This document shows, in pieces, positions 6,938-11,245 of a DNA stretch of 11,245 nt (positions are counted from its first letter, which is position 1; every line of letters starts with the position of its first letter). Made by a program: the position numbers and the translations under genes. Below the pieces are notes generated by a model. That model worked only from the letters and a program-made list of their open reading frames with translations, searched no databases and was not told the DNA's origin. The DNA lies in the NCBI GenBank assembly GCA_030614005.1, contig JAUWKS010000090.1, positions 1 to 11,245 of the forward strand, written 5' to 3'. Source of the DNA: Candidatus Heimdallarchaeota archaeon (GTDB lineage: Archaea; Asgardarchaeota; Heimdallarchaeia; JABLTI01).

Positions 6938-6951
6938 TTTAAACCTTTCCA
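6938..6951 (-). promoter_or_regulatory. Archaeal-type BRE + TATA promoter of the Isf/hydrolase operon
   Basis: The minus strand reads TGGAAAGG-TTTAAA(T): a purine-rich BRE-like element directly before a TTTAAA box, about 60 nt upstream of ATG 6879. Confidence 0.55.
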
Positions 6952-7171
6952 CTAAAACTATTGAGCAAATTCTCTTTGACAAGGTAAACATTTACTTTAT
7001 TTTCATAGTAAAAAAATGTTTAAACTTAACAATACTAAAAAATCCAAAATGAAAAACATTTTCACTTTAAAATTATTTGTCTTTGCAAGAATTAAAAGAA
7101 TATGTAAAGTAAACCTAATTGTGTGATTAACTAAAGACAGCTGTCAATAGAGTAAAATTACTTAATAGGAC

Positions 7172-7924
7172 CTATTTCTTGTATGCTTGATAGTTTAAGA
7201 AAATTTGATTTGATACATCCTCTGTAGTTATTTTTAATTCCTCTGCGATCTTTTCACAAAGATAAGGCATTAAACTGGGGGAACCAGGTTCACCCTGAAA
7301 CTTTACTGGACCATCAGATTCAGTTAATAGCTTCTCTTTTGAAACAAATTTTAACACATTTCTATGATTTTTACTTCGCAAAAAAGCCGGATTTATAGAA
7401 AAATAGCATCCTAAATCACTAAGCTTTCGGAGAACATCTATTGGTCCTGAATACCAGTGACAACATATATTCCCTTCAAGTTGAAATGTTGTTAGTATAT
7501 CCAGAATATCATTTTCTGCTCCGGTCATATGAAGCATAACAGGTTTACTATATTTCTGTGCTAACTCTAGAAAGAATTCAAGAACAATTTTCTGTTGGGG
7601 ATATTTTTCTTTTTCTTTTACGAAATAATGATCTAACCCTATCTCACCTATTATTTCTGCTCGAGAGTCGCAAACAATTTTTTCAAAGCTCTCTCTTTCT
7701 TCTATAGTAAATTTATGAGCACCCCATGGATGCCTGCCTACACCGGCAATAAACAAATCTGGATACTTTGATGCTAATTCTAAGTTTCTCTTGGTTGATT
7801 TCGGGTTTGTTGCCATTGCTCCGATTTTTTTTATTCCTAGTTTATCCCATTCATTTACAAAAAAGTCCATTTTCTTGTAGAAAAAGTTTTCAGCTATATG
7901 ACAATGACAATCAATAAATTTCAT
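7172..7924 (-). CDS. tatD: TatD family metal-dependent hydrolase/nuclease
   Basis: IDCHCH, GRHPW, IIGEIGLD, PVMLH, CCHWYSG, GCYFSIN and LLTESDGP match the TatD pattern. ATG 7924 is preferred; TTG 7942 is an alternative. Confidence 0.93.
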   Translation of the reverse strand: MKFIDCHCHIAENFFYKKMDFFVNEWDKLGIKKIGAMATNPKSTKRNLELASKYPDLFIAGVGRHPWGAHKFTIEERESFEKIVCDSRAEIIGEIGLDHYFVKEKEKYPQQKIVLEFFLELAQKYSKPVMLHMTGAENDILDILTTFQLEGNICCHWYSGPIDVLRKLSDLGCYFSINPAFLRSKNHRNVLKFVSKEKLLTESDGPVKFQGEPGSPSLMPYLCEKIAEELKITTEDVSNQIFLNYQAYKK

Positions 7925-7963
7925 ACCAGATTCGACTCTCAAATACTCATTTACTTGCTATTA

Positions 7964-7971
7964 ATTTAAAT
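7964..7971. promoter_or_regulatory. Self-complementary TATA-like box, possibly shared by the divergent tatD and EamA genes
   Basis: ATTTAAAT sits near the middle of the short divergent gap, 29 nt from TTG 8001 (+) and 21/39 nt from TTG 7942/ATG 7924 (-). Confidence 0.4.
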
Positions 7972-8000
7972 AACGGAATTGTATATTTCTTTTTCTAAGG

Positions 8001-9008
8001 TTGGTTAACTTGGAAGCAACAGAGAGTATTAGTGATTCTACAAGCAGTTCTGAAGAAGAAACTACTAGTTCAGAAATACCTGTTGATGAATTACCTGTTC
8101 AAACGAAATTCAAGACGCTTCTTCCAGTTATATTAATGTTAATTTTCATTGTTGTAACATGGGCTACGCCTAATGTTGTTGGAAGATATCTTTCATTACA
8201 AGAAGTTAATCCTTTGTCTCCAACTCAAATTAGCGCATTACGATATTTACCAGCAGCGATCACATTGTTAATTGTATGTTTTATTTCTCGGAGAACAAAA
8301 TCACTCTTTGAAACTTTGAAGAAGAAATATCTCCATTTAATTATTGCATCAATCATTCTTGCATCCTTTGTTATATTACAAATGTACTCTGTTAAATACA
8401 CAACTGCATCTGTTTCTTCTTTTCTATTAAACGTTAATCCAGTTATAACATTCGTATTATCAATAATAATTTTAAAAGAAAAACATCGTTGGTGGGGTTC
8501 CGCTGGAGTATTTGTTGCTGCAATTGGGATTTTTTTTATTGCCGTACCTTTAGAAGAAATATCTCAAATATTTGTGAGCGAGTATATTTTTGGAAACCTA
8601 CTTGCTTTTCTTTCAGGTGCAGCTTGGGCAATTTACTCCATTTATCTTAAAAAATTTCTCAAGGACGAAGATTTTATTGTTACATCAACATGGAATCTTA
8701 CATTAAGTGCTATCATACTTACAGTTGTAATGTTTATTGTTGATGGTTGGTTTACATTTACTCCATCTACCACTGATGTTTTGTTGACTACCTTTCTAGG
8801 CATTGTTCCAACTGCGATTTCATTTACCCTCTGGTTTGAAACGATTAAAAGAATTCCAGTACAAAAGGCAAGTGTATTTCAATTTCTAATCCCTATAATT
8901 GCAACCATATTTGCAGTTATCTTTCTAGTAGGTGAAACAATTAATTGGCAGTTCGGTGTAGGTGCTGGTCTAATATTAGTAGGATTAATTGTAACTCAAT
9001 TGTCATAA
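8001..9008 (+). CDS. DMT superfamily EamA-type transporter
   Basis: About 10 hydrophobic segments in two repeats; ALRY, SVKYTTASVSSFLLNVNPVITFVLSIIILKEK, GNLLAFLSGAAWAIYSI, LGIVPTAISFTLW, ASVFQFLIPIIATIFAVIFLVGE. The first in-frame ATG (M46) falls inside TM1, so the start is probably TTG 8001 or 8010. Confidence 0.95.
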   Translation: MVNLEATESISDSTSSSEEETTSSEIPVDELPVQTKFKTLLPVILMLIFIVVTWATPNVVGRYLSLQEVNPLSPTQISALRYLPAAITLLIVCFISRRTKSLFETLKKKYLHLIIASIILASFVILQMYSVKYTTASVSSFLLNVNPVITFVLSIIILKEKHRWWGSAGVFVAAIGIFFIAVPLEEISQIFVSEYIFGNLLAFLSGAAWAIYSIYLKKFLKDEDFIVTSTWNLTLSAIILTVVMFIVDGWFTFTPSTTDVLLTTFLGIVPTAISFTLWFETIKRIPVQKASVFQFLIPIIATIFAVIFLVGETINWQFGVGAGLILVGLIVTQLS

Positions 9009-9021
9009 AAAAGGAGGAAAT

Positions 9022-9042
9022 TTACTGCTGTTGAAGCAGTAA
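9022..9042. terminator. Stem-loop between convergent EamA and M24 genes
   Basis: TTACTGCT-GTTGA-AGCAGTAA is a perfect 8-bp stem. On the minus strand it is followed by TTTCCTCCTTTTTT. Confidence 0.55.
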
Positions 9043-9055
9043 GAATAATCATAGG

Positions 9056-10252
9056 TCATTGATAGATGATTAGATCCTCAATTTCTCGAGGATAATAAGT
9101 CATCATTTCGCTTCCATCTTCGGTAATTAGAATTGTATCAGAGTGCCTGAAACCTGCAAACCCATGAACATAAAATCCAGGTTCTACTGTAAATACCATT
9201 CCTGGTTTCATAACCACTTTTGAACCGATATCTAGGAAAGGTCGTTCATGACCTTCCATACCGATGGCATGCCCAGTATGATGCTGTACAAGTTCCCAAA
9301 CACCTTCTTCTTTGAAAACCTTACGAGCAGCTCGATCTACATCTGCATTTTTCACATTTGGACCAAATGCATCAATTGCGGCATTTTGTGCTTTAAGCAT
9401 AATGGCAAAATATTTTTCTTGCAACTTAGAAGGCTCACCCATGAACATTGTTCTCTCAAGTTCACTTCTATACCCGCTAACATTTGCTCCAGCTCCTGTA
9501 ACCAAAGTGTCTCCCTTTTTAAAGAAAATATTTCCAGTTGTTGCATGAGGAATTGCTGAACCAGCACCTATTTGTCCACGATATCCGGCAGCTGCAGAAG
9601 TTGCTCCACCTAATGGTTTGAAATCTGGGCCTAAAGTTTTAATCATCATCTTCGATGCTTCTGCGCATGCTCTATTTACAACTTCGATTTCTGCAGCACC
9701 AACATGGGTGTATTCTTGGAGTAACTGATGAGCAAGATTTCCCCATTTACAACTTTCGTTTATTAAAGAGATCTCTTCTTGATCTTTAATTACACGCATA
9801 TCCATAATTAATTCATTTAATATCGTTATTTTCGCTTTTGGAATGATTTCTGCTAAAGCAGGACCTTGATACCCCCAATATCCTGGTGCACCAAGAGCAT
9901 CAGCAGCTAGTGCTTTATCATCTAATTTTCTTTCTTCAAGGGCTTTAGCAAATATTTTCATTGGATGTGTTTCATCTGGATATTCAAAATAGCTGAATAC
10001 ATCCTTTGCTAATGGGATATTATCTTTCACATGGTTTATTTCCAAATTTGGAACAAACAATCCAATATCTCCCTCTGTTGGGACAACCATTGCAATTGGT
10101 CTTTCTGTTGGTATGTGATGGAAACCGACAAGGTAGAAAATGCTTCTTGGATTAAAGAATATCATTCCCTTCAAATTTTGTTCTTGAAGCGTCTTGCGAA
10201 TTACTTCAATTCTTTTCTTATAGTTTTCTTGAGATATTTTAACAAATACCAT
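9056..10252 (-). CDS. M24 (pita-bread) fold hydrolase, Xaa-Pro peptidase/creatinase family, with non-canonical metal ligands
   Basis: Creatinase/prolidase-type N-domain (SIFYLVGF, LFVPNLE); MRVIKDQEEI; PHATT; KGD; GYRSELERT; HHTGHAIGMEGHERP; KPGMVFTVEPGFY; GFRHSDTILIT. Confidence 0.93.
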   Translation of the reverse strand: MVFVKISQENYKKRIEVIRKTLQEQNLKGMIFFNPRSIFYLVGFHHIPTERPIAMVVPTEGDIGLFVPNLEINHVKDNIPLAKDVFSYFEYPDETHPMKIFAKALEERKLDDKALAADALGAPGYWGYQGPALAEIIPKAKITILNELIMDMRVIKDQEEISLINESCKWGNLAHQLLQEYTHVGAAEIEVVNRACAEASKMMIKTLGPDFKPLGGATSAAAGYRGQIGAGSAIPHATTGNIFFKKGDTLVTGAGANVSGYRSELERTMFMGEPSKLQEKYFAIMLKAQNAAIDAFGPNVKNADVDRAARKVFKEEGVWELVQHHTGHAIGMEGHERPFLDIGSKVVMKPGMVFTVEPGFYVHGFAGFRHSDTILITEDGSEMMTYYPREIEDLIIYQ

Positions 10253-10282
10253 TTTTGTTCGTCCTTAGATTTTTTTCTTCTT

Positions 10283-11131
10283 TTATGTTACATCAACCAT
10301 CTTTGTTAGGTTATCTATTGTCTCTTCTACAAAATACTGATTATCTATTTTCAATGTTATTGCGTTGTTTGTACAAATACTCACACATCTTCCGCACCCT
10401 AAACAAAATTCTTGATTTATTTGAGCTTTATCCCCTACTATTGCTATTGCATTTACAAAACAAATATCGTTTAAGCAATCACCACATGAAATACAACTAT
10501 CATTTACTTGAATTGATACACCGGGCATCCGTGATAGATTTCTGCTAATTTTTGCATCAACGTTTGGTATCATTTTCCATAAGCAACAACACTCACAACA
10601 GTTACAAATTGTCATTAGTTTTGTTCCTGGACCTACTTGTAGCCATTGACTGTCAATTTTATTTCTGCCAATAAGGTGCACTAACCCTTCTGATTGGCAT
10701 TTTGCCAAATGTTCCTTAGCTTCTTCTTTGGAAACTAGTTTACCATAAGCAGGGTTTATATCAAGCACTGCTTCTCCTAAGAAAATACATCCTAAATCCT
10801 GGGAATAACTCTTGCACTCATTTGCTGTTCTGCACAAACAGAAATTCATTAACCATCGATATTTTGCTTTATCAACAAAATGTTCGAGAACTTGAGATGG
10901 TATTACCAAATCTATTGTTTGATCAATTGCTTTGTTGATAACAATTTTTTTACTTCTATTTTTTTTATCCGCAATGATTGTATCTTGTGGTAAATAATAA
11001 ATTTCATCATCTTTGAATAACATTGCTTCTGTAATTTCTCTGATGATAGGGATATGTGTAAATTTCGCTAAAAAAAACCTTTTCGGAAATAATTTCATTA
11101 TGATTTTAATTACCCAATGTGGAAGAGCCAT
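10283..11131 (-). CDS. Cys-rich 4Fe-4S ferredoxin-domain protein of unknown function
   Basis: 19 Cys in total. FCLCR...C...GCIFLG, GLVH and ICNCCECCC precede two ferredoxin-like motifs, CISCGDCLNDIC and CLGCGRCVSIC. The gap to the M24 gene is 30 bp. Confidence 0.9.
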   Translation of the reverse strand: MALPHWVIKIIMKLFPKRFFLAKFTHIPIIREITEAMLFKDDEIYYLPQDTIIADKKNRSKKIVINKAIDQTIDLVIPSQVLEHFVDKAKYRWLMNFCLCRTANECKSYSQDLGCIFLGEAVLDINPAYGKLVSKEEAKEHLAKCQSEGLVHLIGRNKIDSQWLQVGPGTKLMTICNCCECCCLWKMIPNVDAKISRNLSRMPGVSIQVNDSCISCGDCLNDICFVNAIAIVGDKAQINQEFCLGCGRCVSICTNNAITLKIDNQYFVEETIDNLTKMVDVT

Positions 11132-11166
11132 ATACTAACCCGATTCTTTACTATTCTAATTCTATA

Positions 11167-11245
11167 TTACTTTTTTCGACTAAGGACTTCAACTGTTGTC
11201 ATGAAATATGGACAAATAGGACATGGAGAAGAATAAACGATTGAA
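11167..11245 (-). CDS. Possible 3' end of an upstream gene (fragment)
   Basis: One minus frame is open from the right edge to TAA at 11167: SIVYSSPCPICPYFMTTVEVLSRKK*, containing a CxxC. It is too short to be sure, and the same DNA also resembles a BRE-TATA (CGAAAAAAG-TAATATA) for the downstream gene. Confidence 0.35.
   Translation of the reverse strand, partial: SIVYSSPCPICPYFMTTVEVLSRKK

Noticed and set aside
7016-7126. 36-codon + strand ORF MFKLNNTKKSKMKNIFTLKLFVFARIKRICKVNLIV
   Set aside because: Composition (K, N, I, F, L) is what AT-rich non-coding DNA produces; there is no RBS and no motif.
9022-9058. TGA stop of the M24 gene followed 13 nt later by a hairpin, considered as a SECIS-type readthrough
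   Set aside because: The protein already ends where M24 family members end (YPREIEDLII), no Cys/Sec position is expected there, and the hairpin is better explained as a terminator.
10304-10312. TGTTAGGTT, matching the left arm of the operator
   Set aside because: It lies inside coding sequence and has no matching right arm.
9248-10548. ORFs 9248-9559, 9312-9548, 9352-9567, 10031-10309 and 10255-10548
   Set aside because: Antisense or alternative-frame overlaps of the M24 and Fe-S genes.
1-11245. CRISPR array, tRNA/rRNA, IS element, prophage or defence system
   Set aside because: I found no regularly spaced repeats, cloverleaf or rRNA-like segments, transposase or integrase motifs, or terminal inverted repeats with target duplications.

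Overview
An AT-rich (about one-third GC by eye), gene-dense chromosomal window. It looks archaeal, plausibly Asgard/Heimdallarchaeia-like; this is an inference from TTTAAA-type TATA boxes, oligo-T terminators and gene content, with no marker gene present. It holds 10 complete CDSs, one interrupted gene and one or two edge fragments. From left to right: start of a membrane protein (-), CDF/FieF-family metal exporter (-), DUF362 Fe-S protein (-), HEAT-repeat protein (-), stand-alone carbamate kinase (+), Cys-rich hypothetical protein (-), alpha/beta hydrolase broken by one in-frame TAA (-), Isf-type iron-sulfur flavoprotein (-), TatD (-), EamA/DMT transporter (+), M24-fold hydrolase with creatinase-like rather than metallopeptidase motifs (-), and a 19-Cys ferredoxin-domain protein (-). 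I see no rRNA, tRNA, CRISPR array, transposase, integrase or defence system, and no clearly new multi-gene system. The best leads are: the premature TAA sitting inside an 8-bp inverted repeat; the M24 protein that has lost metal ligands; a perfect 18-bp operator next to a TATA box; a His-free CDF transport site; and an unassigned Cys-knuckle protein.
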